Shown here: positions 48,108 to 57,834 of the stretch, piece by piece | Layout of the letters: every line of letters starts with the position of its first letter | Numbering within the stretch: position 1 is the first letter of the stretch | Assembly: GCA_965205485.1 (NCBI GenBank) | Contig: OZ242180.1 | Span: 448,001-512,000, forward strand | Reading direction: 5' to 3' | DNA from: Candidatus Latescibacterota bacterium | GTDB lineage: Bacteria; Latescibacterota; UBA2968; GCA-2709665 | DNA: 64,000 nt | Notes under the pieces: model-generated | What the model was told of the DNA's origin: nothing | What the model saw: the letters and a program-made list of their open reading frames with translations, nothing else | Databases searched by the model: none | Translations under genes and position numbers: made by a program

Positions 48108-48431
48108 TCAGGTTGCCTCGAAGTGAATGACCTGACCGCGCTTCAAATTCGGCAAGGCTTCCAGGATGCGGGGAACCAGGGGCTCAAGGTGATCTTTCCG
48201 ACTCCTTTTTGCGTTTAGTACGATAATTGGAATATCACGATTGGTTATGTTCTGTTGATGTTCCAGATTCCGGTCGAGCGTGATGAACGCGTCGAATTCG
48301 TTACGGGCGAATTCCAGGAGTTCACCGTTGCTCTTGCCGCTCCATCCCATGTGCCTGACTGTCGAAACGTCTTGGCCAACTAACTCCGCCCTTGGTTGCG
48401 TTGGCACTGACTCATCGAGCAGCAGTTTCAT
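48108..48431 (-). CDS. DUF5615 PIN-like toxin
   Basis: MKLLLDES, GWSGKSNGELL, FITLDRNL. Confidence 0.88.
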   Translation of the reverse strand: MKLLLDESVPTQPRAELVGQDVSTVRHMGWSGKSNGELLEFARNEFDAFITLDRNLEHQQNITNRDIPIIVLNAKRSRKDHLEPLVPRILEALPNLKRGQVIHFEAT

Positions 48432-48672
48432 AAGCGATACTCTCCAGGACTTCCCTCGCCATATCGATCGTCTTGATTGCCTGTTCTCGACTTACACCCG
48501 GAAAATCATCCAGAAATTCGTCCAGATTGTATCCACCCGCCAGGTAATCAAACAGGTTTTTCAGTGGCACTCGTGTTCCCACAAAAATTGGAGTACCACT
48601 GACAAAGCCTTCCCGGCTGTGAAATACGCCTCGCTCGATCGCGGGAATCAGTTCTTCGGTTGTTTGTGGCAT
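48412..48672 (-). CDS. DUF433 antitoxin
   Basis: SGTPIFVGTRVPLKNLFDYLAGGYNLDEFLDDFPGV; overlaps the toxin gene. Confidence 0.9.
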   Translation of the reverse strand: MPQTTEELIPAIERGVFHSREGFVSGTPIFVGTRVPLKNLFDYLAGGYNLDEFLDDFPGVSREQAIKTIDMAREVLESIAYETAAR

Positions 48673-49064
48673 GTTATTCCTCCACGAGACTGACCAAGAA
48701 TAGCGCCGTGACTCGCCGCACTTTTCCGCACTCTTATCCCGGTAGATATCGACAACTTACCGATATTCCCAACCGAGTCCGGTAGTTTTCAGTTTGATCA
48801 GATTGCGGTATGTTCCTACAGTACGATGCCCGCGACAATATGCGGTCAATCCTGATGGGCAAACCGAATGGAACTCCACATATTCCAGAGTGGAATTCCC
48901 TCACCACTGCTCAAATATGTGCCTTTTCCGCATATAGCTCAAGCGGTTTTTGAAAGCCGGTACGTTCATTCCAGATCGAAAACCGCCAACAAGATCGCTA
49001 TGCCTGACAGTCAAGGACTTCGGATGGTGTTGTTACGCCAGATGGAACTGTTCTCAGCGGTATG

Positions 49065-49138
49065 AAAAAAGAGAACCCGTCCGAAAACCCCGCAAGCTTC
49101 GTGATAGAAGCTCATCGGGTGTTCCCGGACGGGTTCTC
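49065..49138 (-). terminator. Long three-tier hairpin plus U-tract after Cache paralog 1
   Basis: GAGAACCCGTCCG...CGGACGGGTTCTC with inner AGCTTC/GAAGCT stem; homologous copies follow paralogs 2-4. Confidence 0.75.
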
Positions 49139-49168
49139 AGGAAAACGCTTTCGCCACGCCTTCCGGCA

Positions 49169-50995
49169 CTACTTGAGGTACAGCAGCCTTTGCGTCTGCG
49201 CACCGCCAGGATAGCTCAGGTGGGCAATGTACACCCCCGTCGACAGCAGCGTGCCCCCATCGTCACGTGCATCCCACCTGACCTGGTACGAACCTGCCGT
49301 TCGTGTCTCATTCACCAGCGTCCGTACGGGTTGCCCCAGCAGATTGTAGATCACGAGCTTCACCGGACCTGGGCTGGACAGGTGGTACGTGATCACGGTC
49401 GCGCTGTTGAACGGGTTGGGTGAATTGGGCGCCAGACCGCTGGCTTCCGGCACTGCCTCTTCTGAGAACGCCGGCTTGGCAGCGGCTTCAGGACTGGACG
49501 CGGCCAAGGCCTCGGCACGTACAACCCGCGCTGTGCCGCCCAGCGTCAGTTCCAGAACCTGGCGCTTATTGAGATTGAGCGGAATGCTGTTCCACTCCCC
49601 GACGATCTCGCCTTCGGTGTTCCGTGCCCGCGCCCTGTAGTATCCAGACCCCACATCCGCACCGGAAATCGTCAGGTAGAAGGAGCCGTTCGCATCGGTA
49701 ACGCCGCTCCAGGCGTAGTCGGACTGCCGACCGGCGATGGCGCGGGAGAACTCCACGTCCAGCCCTGCAACCGCATCACCCAGCACCGTGGCACGCACGT
49801 CCGTACGGCGACCCGCCGCGACGTCGGATGCACGACCATAAAAGCCCGATCCGACGATGACGTCAGCCGAGACTGTGCTTCCGTCCGGTCTCTGTAACTC
49901 GACGGCGAACTCACGTGCGTAGCCCACCTTGGGGATATCGGCGCTGTCGGTGTGGTCGGTGGGATCGTCGAAGAAATACTGTACGAAGCCGCCTTCCGGG
50001 TTGCCCTTGGCCGCTTCGATGACTTGCGGCAGAATGAACTCTCCGGTCACGGCGTCATGGACGGTCGGCACCAGAGGCCGATATTCGTATCTGTCCGGAA
50101 ACGCTGCGTGAAACAAGATGATGTTGCTGGCAAGATCCAGGACGTAGAGATACACGGAGCCGTGTCTCCAGGGCCCGTCCGGATCCCGCAGAGCGATCCT
50201 GGCTTTCGAGGCGCCGGCAGCACCGCCTGTCTTCATAAGGCCAAGGAAGTATTCTCCCGCCCCCGTGACGAAAGCCTTCAGGGTCTCGCGGTCCACCACG
50301 TCCTCGGCAGTGACGTCCGGGTCGCCGTAATCGATCTCTTCATCAACCACGTGAGATTCGTCGAGGTCGAATCCCATGAGCAGCACAACCGGAGTCCCTA
50401 CATTGGGCGAGACATATACGGCGGCATGGCCCGAGGCGCCTGGCATACCAGGCTGAACGAATGGTCCATCCGGTTCCTGCGACAAAACGCCCATGACGGC
50501 GCCGAGGGCCTGGCCCATAACGGCGGGATCGGGAGATGCCAGATTTGCCAGATCGGCCAGGGATACGCCCAGTGCCCGGAGGATCGCTCCATAGATCACG
50601 GGGTTGAGCAGACGGCCCGACAGCGCCATGTCCTTCGCGTGAATGTAAATTCTTCCATCCAGCGTCAGGCTCACGATGTACGTGGAACCGGAACGCCAGA
50701 TCCCATCATCCTTCCTTATAATACATCCGATATATATCCCCTGCTCCAGGGTCGCAGCCCCCGCGGCGTATTCTCTGGACCGCTCGCGCACTGCCAGCGC
50801 GAAGTCCTTGAGTGTAGCGCTTCCGTCTTCCACCTGTTGCGCTGTCACACTCGGGTCGTCAGGGTGCGTCGCACCTTCAGGGAGTGGACATACTGCCACG
50901 GCCGGACGCGCGAATGCAAAGACGGCGGCCAGTATGAGCAGACCTGCAAGGGGGTTTACGTATGCCTGCACGAACAGTGTACGAAACTTTATCAT
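49169..50995 (-). CDS. Secreted tandem-Cache protein with Ig-like domain and FlgD/T9SS-type CTD, paralog 1
   Basis: Signal peptide; Cache motif YLYVLD..ILFH..GGFVQYFFDDP..KVGYA..VGSGFY; CTD PNSPNPFNSAT..TGVYIA..RLLYLK; start MIKFRT at 50995. Confidence 0.85.
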   Translation of the reverse strand: MIKFRTLFVQAYVNPLAGLLILAAVFAFARPAVAVCPLPEGATHPDDPSVTAQQVEDGSATLKDFALAVRERSREYAAGAATLEQGIYIGCIIRKDDGIWRSGSTYIVSLTLDGRIYIHAKDMALSGRLLNPVIYGAILRALGVSLADLANLASPDPAVMGQALGAVMGVLSQEPDGPFVQPGMPGASGHAAVYVSPNVGTPVVLLMGFDLDESHVVDEEIDYGDPDVTAEDVVDRETLKAFVTGAGEYFLGLMKTGGAAGASKARIALRDPDGPWRHGSVYLYVLDLASNIILFHAAFPDRYEYRPLVPTVHDAVTGEFILPQVIEAAKGNPEGGFVQYFFDDPTDHTDSADIPKVGYAREFAVELQRPDGSTVSADVIVGSGFYGRASDVAAGRRTDVRATVLGDAVAGLDVEFSRAIAGRQSDYAWSGVTDANGSFYLTISGADVGSGYYRARARNTEGEIVGEWNSIPLNLNKRQVLELTLGGTARVVRAEALAASSPEAAAKPAFSEEAVPEASGLAPNSPNPFNSATVITYHLSSPGPVKLVIYNLLGQPVRTLVNETRTAGSYQVRWDARDDGGTLLSTGVYIAHLSYPGGAQTQRLLYLK

Positions 50996-51101
50996 GACGG
51001 TTTTCCCTCCCGTTAATGACAAGGCCGCACGAGCGGCCACGGCTGATTTTCGTCTTTCCGAGACCTCGGCCCATCGCCCGGGACCGAACATTCAATCGGG
51101 G

Positions 51102-51130
51102 ATATTAATTAAAATTCACTTGAATTGCAA
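51102..51130 (-). promoter_or_regulatory. Sigma70 promoter of paralog 1
   Basis: TTGCAA-17 bp-TAATAT, equivalent to the sites upstream of paralogs 2 and 3. Confidence 0.7.
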
Positions 51131-51253
51131 ATTAAAAATCCTTTTGCAACACTTCGCAGTCACCTCCTTCCATTCGGGCGGTGCTTTATTTAACGTCTTG
51201 GATGCGAGTTACTAATGTTGTACTCTTGCCCGCTGGAAGATACTGGATGAATT

Positions 51254-51324
51254 AAAAGGAACCCGTCCGAATACCCCGAAAGCCTCTTGCTAAGGCGTTG
51301 CCGGGTATTTCCGGACGGGTTCTC
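51254..51324 (-). terminator. Long hairpin after paralog 2
   Basis: GAACCCGTCCG...CGGACGGGTTC with inner GCCT/AGGC stem. Confidence 0.7.
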
Positions 51325-51354
51325 AGAAAACTCTTGCTGTCTAAACGTCAGGCG

Positions 51355-53154
51355 TTACTTCAGGTAGAGCAACCGCTGCGTCTGCACACCGCCAGGATAG
51401 CTCAGGCGGGCAATATACACACCCGTCGACAACAACGCACCACCGTCATCGCGCGCGTCCCACCGGACCTGATACGAGCCCACCGTACGGGTCTCATCCA
51501 CCAGCGTCCGTACGGGCTGACCCAGCACGTTGTATATCACCAGCTTTACCGGACCCGGGCTGGACAGGTGGTAGGCGATCAACGTGGCGCTGTTGAACGG
51601 GTTGGGCGAATTTGGCGACAGACCGCTGGCTTCCGGCATAGCCTCCGCCGCGAACGCCGGCTTGGCAGCGGCTTCCGGACTGGATGCGGACAGGGTCTCG
51701 GCACGTACAATCCGCGCCGTGCCACCCAGTGTCAGTTCGAGAACCTGGCGCTTGTTGAGATTGAGCGGAATGCTGTTCCACTGCCCCACGATCTCGCCTT
51801 CGGTGTTCCGTGCCCGCGCCCTGTAGTAACCAGACCCCGCATCCGCACCGGAGATGGTCAGATAAAAGGAGCCATTCGCATCTGTGACGCCGGCCCACGC
51901 GTAGTCGGACGGACGCCCGGCAATGGCGCGGGAGAACTCCACGTCCAGCCCCGCCACCTCGTCGCCCAGTACCGTTGCCTGCACGTCCGTACTGCGACCC
52001 GCCGCAACATCGGACGCGCTTCCATAAAATCCCGACCCGATGATGACGTTGTATCGGACCACCATCTCGCCTCTTTCCCATCCACCCTCGAATTGGCGGG
52101 CGTAACCCACCTTGGGGATATCGGCGCTGTCGGTGTCGTCGGTGGGGTCGTCGAAGAAATACTGCACGAAGCCGCCTTCAGGGCTGCTCTTCGCTGCTTC
52201 GATAACCTGCGGCAGCACGAGTTCGCCGGTCACGACGTCGCGGACCGTTGCGATCAGAGGTCGCAACTCGTATCTGTTCGGATTAGCGCCGTGAAACAGG
52301 ATGATGTTACTGGCAAGATCCAGGACGTAGAGATACACCGAGCCGTGTCTCCAGGGACCGTCCGGATCCCGCATGGCAACCTTGGCTTGTGAGATGGCAG
52401 CACGGCCGCCGCCGCTCCCGAGTTCGCCAAAGTAACGTCCTGCCTCCGCGACAAAGGCCTTCAAACTCTCCCGGTCCACGACGTCCTCTGCAGTAACGGC
52501 CGGGTCGCCGTAATCGATGTCTTCTTCAACCACGTGAGACGCGTCGAGATCGAACCCGGCAAGCAGTATGAGCGGGTCCGACCGCCGAACACTGACGTAG
52601 GCGCTGGCATAGCCGGAGGCACCCGGTATACCCGGCGATACACCTGGAATAGGGGCGGTCGCATCAAATGCGCCGTGCGGTTCCTCTAACAACGTGGCCG
52701 TGATGGCAGCCGGGTCGGTTAAATCTCCCGGGGAGACTCCCAGCGAAACCAGGATTCTTGCAAGAATTGTGCGATTGAGGAGTCTGCCCGACAACGCCAT
52801 GTCTTTGGAGTGAACGAACACCCTGCCGTCCAGCGTCACCTGCACAAGGTAGGTGGAACCGGAACGCCAGGGACCCCCCTCCTGTCTGACCACGCATCCA
52901 AAGTGGTACGCTTGCTGCCCTCCCGCCTCGGATATTTGCTTGAACTGATCTCTCGCAGCCTGTGCGAATTCATCCAGGCGGGCACTACCGTCTTCCACCT
53001 GTTGTGCCGTCACACTCGGGTCCGCCGGGGGCGTCACACCGGGAGGAAGCACACAATCTCCCTGCGCCACGGCGCGGGGCGCGTCGAAAAAGACGCCGGC
53101 CATGACGAGCAGACCGGCCAATGCCGGATTGAACAGTGTTCGAGCCTTCACCAT
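51355..53154 (-). CDS. Secreted tandem-Cache/Ig/CTD protein, paralog 2
   Basis: Same architecture; start MVKART at 53154, RBS AAGGAG. Confidence 0.85.
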   Translation of the reverse strand: MVKARTLFNPALAGLLVMAGVFFDAPRAVAQGDCVLPPGVTPPADPSVTAQQVEDGSARLDEFAQAARDQFKQISEAGGQQAYHFGCVVRQEGGPWRSGSTYLVQVTLDGRVFVHSKDMALSGRLLNRTILARILVSLGVSPGDLTDPAAITATLLEEPHGAFDATAPIPGVSPGIPGASGYASAYVSVRRSDPLILLAGFDLDASHVVEEDIDYGDPAVTAEDVVDRESLKAFVAEAGRYFGELGSGGGRAAISQAKVAMRDPDGPWRHGSVYLYVLDLASNIILFHGANPNRYELRPLIATVRDVVTGELVLPQVIEAAKSSPEGGFVQYFFDDPTDDTDSADIPKVGYARQFEGGWERGEMVVRYNVIIGSGFYGSASDVAAGRSTDVQATVLGDEVAGLDVEFSRAIAGRPSDYAWAGVTDANGSFYLTISGADAGSGYYRARARNTEGEIVGQWNSIPLNLNKRQVLELTLGGTARIVRAETLSASSPEAAAKPAFAAEAMPEASGLSPNSPNPFNSATLIAYHLSSPGPVKLVIYNVLGQPVRTLVDETRTVGSYQVRWDARDDGGALLSTGVYIARLSYPGGVQTQRLLYLK

Positions 53155-53261
53155 CACGGTTCTCCTTTCCGGAAAGACTAGCTCACTCGGGTGACGACAA
53201 CCGATAGTTCTCGCTCTGAGAAACGAGGTGTGTCGCCTCGGACCGAATCTTGCAATCGCGC

Positions 53262-53290
53262 ATATTAAGAGAATTCTATCCGTAATGCAA
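53262..53290 (-). promoter_or_regulatory. Sigma70 promoter of paralog 2
   Basis: TTGCAT-17 bp-TAATAT. Confidence 0.7.
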
Positions 53291-53494
53291 ACGAAATTTA
53301 CGTCAAAGATACTTTCGCGCATTTGTCTACGAATCGGACGGAGTGACCGCCCAAGGGCTATTGAACAAGTGCCGCACCTGTCAATTTTCGGTACGGTCGC
53401 ACGACCGCATCCGCTTTCACCGTGTGGAAAACTGTAGCAAATTGCGACAGTTGGGTCACAACGTAGGAACGGTCGATGCCGTCGGAGCGGCACG

Positions 53495-53566
53495 AAAAAA
53501 GAACCCGTCTGAAGACACAGCAAGTCTTGTGATCAGGGTATATCGGGCGCTACCAGACGGGTTCTC
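53495..53566 (-). terminator. Long hairpin after paralog 3
   Basis: GAACCCGTCTG...CAGACGGGTTC (compensatory change relative to copies 1 and 2) plus A6. Confidence 0.7.
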
Positions 53567-53597
53567 AGGATAATGCTTTCTGCCTCAACGTCTGGCG

Positions 53598-55442
53598 CTA
53601 CTTGAGGTACAGAAGCCGCTGCGTCTTCACGCCGCTGGAATAACTCAGGCGTGCAATATAAACCCCCGTCGACAGCAGCGCGCCACCGTCGTCGCGCGCG
53701 TCCCACCTGACCTGATAGGTGCCCGCCCCACGGGTCTCATCCACCAGCGTCCTTACGGGCTGGCCCAGCACATTGTAGATCACCAGCTTCACAGGGCCCG
53801 GGTCCGACAGGTGGTACGTGATCAGCGTGGCGCTGTTGAAAGGGTTGGGCGAATTAGGCGACAGACCGCTGGCTTCCGGCACGGCCTCTGCCGCGAGTGC
53901 CGGCTTCGCCGCGGCCTCAGGACTGGATGTGGACAGCGGTTGGACACGCACAACCCGCGCGCCGCCGCCCAACGTCAGTTCCAACACCTGCCGTTGATCG
54001 ACATTGAGGGGAATGCTGCTCCAGCGTCCCACGACCTCGCCATCGGCGTTGGTTGCCCGGGCTCGATAGTAACCGGTCACCCCGTCCGCACTGGAGATCG
54101 TCAGCGAAAGGAGGCCGGCTGCATCGGTGACGGTACTCCAGGCGTAGTCGGACTGGCGCCCGGCGATGGCGCGGGAAAACTCGACGTCCAGCCCCTCGAC
54201 CGCGTCGCCAAGCACCGTGGCCTCCACGACCGTGCTGGGACCCGTCCCGACATCTGCCGCGCGCCCATAAAATCCCGACCCGATGATGAAGTTGTACGGG
54301 ACTACCCTTCCACCTAACTCGGTTTTCGTTTTGAACTCGCGTGCGTATCCCACCTTGGGGATATCGGCGCTGTCGGTGTCGTCATTGGGATCGTCGAAAT
54401 AATACTCCACGAAGCCGCCTTCCGGGTCACTCTTCGCCGCTTCGATGACCTGCGGTAGTATGAGTTCTCCGGTGACCGCGTCTCGGACGGTGGCTATCAG
54501 AGGTCGAAGCTCGTATCTGTTCGGAAACGCAGCGTGTATTTGGATGACGTTGCTGGTCGTATCAAGGACATAGAGGTACACGGAACCGTGTCTCCAGGGC
54601 CCATCCGGATCCCGAAGTGCGATCCTGGCTATTCCACCGGGGAAATTGCCGGTTTTCCGAAGTTCGATACAGTACTCCCCGGCTTCTGTGACGAACGCTT
54701 TCAGGGTTTCTCGATCCACCACGTCCCTGGCGGTAACGGCCGGGGTAATGTGATCGATCTCTTCTTCAATTACGTGAGTTTCATTGAGCTCGAAACCGGC
54801 GATCATCACAAGCGGGCCTCTAAAAAAGTCCGAAAAATATGCGGCGGCATAGCCGGAGGCGCCCGGTATGCCAGGTCGCAGGCCTGGTAGAGGGGCCGTC
54901 GCGTCGAATGCGGCATCCGGTCCTCGCGTCAATACATTAACCACATCTGCATTAGCCTGGGCGGCAATGGCAGAATCGTGAGATGCCAGGTTGGCCAGAA
55001 CGGTTGAGGGTACTCCCAGGGCAGAAAGGATCTCTGCATAAATAGGGGGGTTGAGTCGCCTGCTCGCCAGTGCCATGTTCTTTGCGTGAATCAAAACACT
55101 GCCATCGGCCCTCATAACCACGATGTAGGTGGAACCGGAATGCCAATAGCTCCCTTCTTCCCGAAAGAGACATCCATAGTAGACCACTTGTCCCAGATTC
55201 TCAGCCGTATGGAGCTGCATAACGAATTGTTCCCTCGCGGCCAGCGTGAAGTCCTTCAGGCTTGCGCTGCCGTCTTCCACCTGCTGCGCCGTCACGCTCG
55301 GTTCCTCGGGGGTAGTCACGCCGGGAGGGGGTGGACAATATGCCAAGGCGGGAGGCGCCTGGCCAAAGACGGCGGCCATTACCAACAGGCTGACAACAGG
55401 AATAATGGATGCCGAAGTGAACAGTGTTCGAACTTTCGTCAT
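53598..55442 (-). CDS. Secreted tandem-Cache/Ig/CTD protein, paralog 3
   Basis: Same architecture, 614 aa. Confidence 0.85.
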   Translation of the reverse strand: MTKVRTLFTSASIIPVVSLLVMAAVFGQAPPALAYCPPPPGVTTPEEPSVTAQQVEDGSASLKDFTLAAREQFVMQLHTAENLGQVVYYGCLFREEGSYWHSGSTYIVVMRADGSVLIHAKNMALASRRLNPPIYAEILSALGVPSTVLANLASHDSAIAAQANADVVNVLTRGPDAAFDATAPLPGLRPGIPGASGYAAAYFSDFFRGPLVMIAGFELNETHVIEEEIDHITPAVTARDVVDRETLKAFVTEAGEYCIELRKTGNFPGGIARIALRDPDGPWRHGSVYLYVLDTTSNVIQIHAAFPNRYELRPLIATVRDAVTGELILPQVIEAAKSDPEGGFVEYYFDDPNDDTDSADIPKVGYAREFKTKTELGGRVVPYNFIIGSGFYGRAADVGTGPSTVVEATVLGDAVEGLDVEFSRAIAGRQSDYAWSTVTDAAGLLSLTISSADGVTGYYRARATNADGEVVGRWSSIPLNVDQRQVLELTLGGGARVVRVQPLSTSSPEAAAKPALAAEAVPEASGLSPNSPNPFNSATLITYHLSDPGPVKLVIYNVLGQPVRTLVDETRGAGTYQVRWDARDDGGALLSTGVYIARLSYSSGVKTQRLLYLK

Positions 55443-55548
55443 GACGGTTCTCCCTCACGTAAAGACAAGCTCTCTAGCGTGAATGCGGCTGGTTGTCCTC
55501 GCTCTGAGAAATGAGACTGTCGCTACGGACCGAATCTTGCAGACGCGC

Positions 55549-55577
55549 ATGTTAAGACCATTCCATCCGTCATGCAA
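55549..55577 (-). promoter_or_regulatory. Sigma70 promoter of paralog 3
   Basis: TTGCAT-17 bp-TAACAT. Confidence 0.7.
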
Positions 55578-55776
55578 TCGAAAAATACCGTCTACGATAC
55601 TTCCTGAATTGTCCCGATGATGCTAAATTGACCGCCGTAAGTTCGTGGCTCCGGTACCCCATCTGGAAGTTCGCAATGCGGTCGCACGACGGCATACGTG
55701 TTCAGCGCACGCAAAGGAAACACGGTCAAGCAGGTCCCGTTGGGTATCAGGTCTTTTCAGTGAGTGTCCGCCACGG

Positions 55777-55848
55777 AAAAAGAACCCGTCTGAAATCCCC
55801 GCACGCCTCGAACTAAAGGCTGAATGGGGCAATTCCAAACGGGTTCTC
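55777..55848 (-). terminator. Long hairpin after paralog 4
   Basis: GAACCCGTCTG...CAAACGGGTTC (G.U pair on the minus-strand RNA), inner GCCT/AGGC stem. Confidence 0.7.
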
Positions 55849-55880
55849 CGGGATAAGGCAATCTATCCAACCGTTCGACG

Positions 55881-57740
55881 CTATTTCAGGTACAGCAGTC
55901 GCTGTGTATGCACCCCACCGGGATAGCTCAGCCGTGCGATATACACCCCCGTCGACAGCAACGCGCCGCCGTCGTCGCGCGCGTCCCACCTCACATGATA
56001 GGTGCCCGCCCCACCGGTCTCATCCACCAGCGTCCGTACGGGCTGGCCCAGCACATTGTAAATCACCAGCTTTGCCGGACCCCTGCCGGCCAGGTGGTAG
56101 GTGATCACGGTGGCGCTGTTGAACGGGTTGGGCGAATTCGGTGACAATTTGCTGGCTTCCGGCACGGCCTCTGCCGAGAACGCAGGCTTGGCAGCAGCGA
56201 CCGGCGCCGCCGCGGCCAGCGACGCGACTCGTACGACCCTCGCACCGCCGCCCAGTGTCAATTCCAAAACCTGCCGTTGATTGACATTGAGGGGGATGCT
56301 GCTCCACCGGCCCATAACGTCGCCATCGGCGTTCGTGGCACGGGCCCGGTAGTAACCGGTTGCGCCATTCTCACTCGAGATGGTCAGTGTGAACAGCCCG
56401 GCGGCATCCGTAACAGCGCTCCAGGCGTAATTCGACTGGCGGCCGGCAATGGCGCGGGAAAATGCCACCTCAGGATGATGTTGCAACCCCTCCACCGCGT
56501 CACCCAGCACCGTTGCCTCCACGACCGTGGCGGGATCCGTCCCTACATCAGCCGCGCGCCCATAAAATCCCGACCCGATGATGAAGTTGAGGGGTATGAC
56601 CCGTCCGCCAATATCGAGTTCGGTGGTGAACTGGCGGGCGTAGCCGACCTTGGGGATATCCGCGCTGTCGGAGTCGTCATTGGGATCGTCGAAGTAATAC
56701 TCTACGAAGCCGCCTTCCGGGTTGCTCTTCGCTGCTTCGAGGACCTGCGGCAGGACGAATTCTCCGGTAACGACGTCCTTGACGGTCGGTGTCAGGGGTC
56801 GAAGCTCGAATCTGTCCGGAAACGCGCCGTGAATCAGGATGATGTTCGAAACAAGGTCCAGGACGTAGAGGTACACCGAACCGTGTCTCCAGGGCCCGTT
56901 GGGATCCCGCAGAGCAATCTTGGCTCTGTCAATATCGTCTCTCCCCCGGAGTCCGATACAGTACCGTCCTGCTTCGTTGACGAAAGCCTTCAGGGTTTCG
57001 CGGTCCATCACGTCCATGGCGGTAACGGCCGGGTCTCCGTAATCGATCTCTTCCTTCGCCAGGTGAAATCGTTGGAGATCGAATCCGGTGAGCAGGATGA
57101 ACGGCTGCCGTACACTGCCCGAGACATAGGCGCTGGCATGGCCGGATGCGCCCGGAATGCCTGGCGTCAGTCCCGGAATCGAGATGGTCGCATCGAATAC
57201 GCCGTCCGGTTCCTGCGACAAAACTGCCATGACCGCGCCGAACGCCTCGGCGGCGGTAGCAGGATCCGGGGAGGCCAGATTGGCAAGATCCGACAGGGAA
57301 ACACCCAACGAAGCGAGGATTGCTCCGTAAATGGCGGGATTGAGCAGCCCGCCCGATAATGCCATTTCCTTCGAGTGAAGTAACACCCTGCCGTTCGGCG
57401 TCAACATCACGACGTAGGTGGAACCGGAGCGCCACGGCCCGTTCTCCCGCCTGACGAGACATCCGAAGTAGGATATTTGCCCGAAGCTCGTTACCGCTTC
57501 CGCATGGCTGCGATTCCTGAACGCGTCTCTCGTGGCCAGTCCGAATTCGGTCAGGCTGGCGCTGCCATCTTCCACCTGTTGGGCTGTCACAGCCGGGTCC
57601 GGCGGGGCAGTCACGCCTGGAGGAAGCGGGCAAGGATCCTGCGCCGCTGCATGGTGTGCGGTGGAAAGCATGCTGGCCAGCACGAGTAGCCCGACAACAG
57701 GAATCATGGATGCCGACGTGAACAATGTTCGAATCTTCAT
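55881..57740 (-). CDS. Secreted tandem-Cache/Ig/CTD protein, paralog 4
   Basis: Same architecture; start MKIRT at 57740, RBS AAGGAG. Confidence 0.85.
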   Translation of the reverse strand: MKIRTLFTSASMIPVVGLLVLASMLSTAHHAAAQDPCPLPPGVTAPPDPAVTAQQVEDGSASLTEFGLATRDAFRNRSHAEAVTSFGQISYFGCLVRRENGPWRSGSTYVVMLTPNGRVLLHSKEMALSGGLLNPAIYGAILASLGVSLSDLANLASPDPATAAEAFGAVMAVLSQEPDGVFDATISIPGLTPGIPGASGHASAYVSGSVRQPFILLTGFDLQRFHLAKEEIDYGDPAVTAMDVMDRETLKAFVNEAGRYCIGLRGRDDIDRAKIALRDPNGPWRHGSVYLYVLDLVSNIILIHGAFPDRFELRPLTPTVKDVVTGEFVLPQVLEAAKSNPEGGFVEYYFDDPNDDSDSADIPKVGYARQFTTELDIGGRVIPLNFIIGSGFYGRAADVGTDPATVVEATVLGDAVEGLQHHPEVAFSRAIAGRQSNYAWSAVTDAAGLFTLTISSENGATGYYRARATNADGDVMGRWSSIPLNVNQRQVLELTLGGGARVVRVASLAAAAPVAAAKPAFSAEAVPEASKLSPNSPNPFNSATVITYHLAGRGPAKLVIYNVLGQPVRTLVDETGGAGTYHVRWDARDDGGALLSTGVYIARLSYPGGVHTQRLLYLK

Positions 57741-57834
57741 CTTAGCGGTTCTCCTTCCAGGAAAAACGGGTTCACCAAGGTGACGTGGGATGGTTGCCCT
57801 CTTTCTGAGAAGCAGTTTTAATTTTATTCTGGCG

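Noticed and set aside
48855..48900. GGGCAAACC resembling the start of a c-di-GMP-I riboswitch
   Set aside because: Lacks the GNRA-capped stem and GACGCAAA element, and no downstream gene on that strand.
49065..55848. Intergenic repeats as a CRISPR array or diversity-generating retroelement
   Set aside because: Spacing is about 2.2 kb with whole genes between; no cas or reverse transcriptase gene and no template/variable repeat pair seen.
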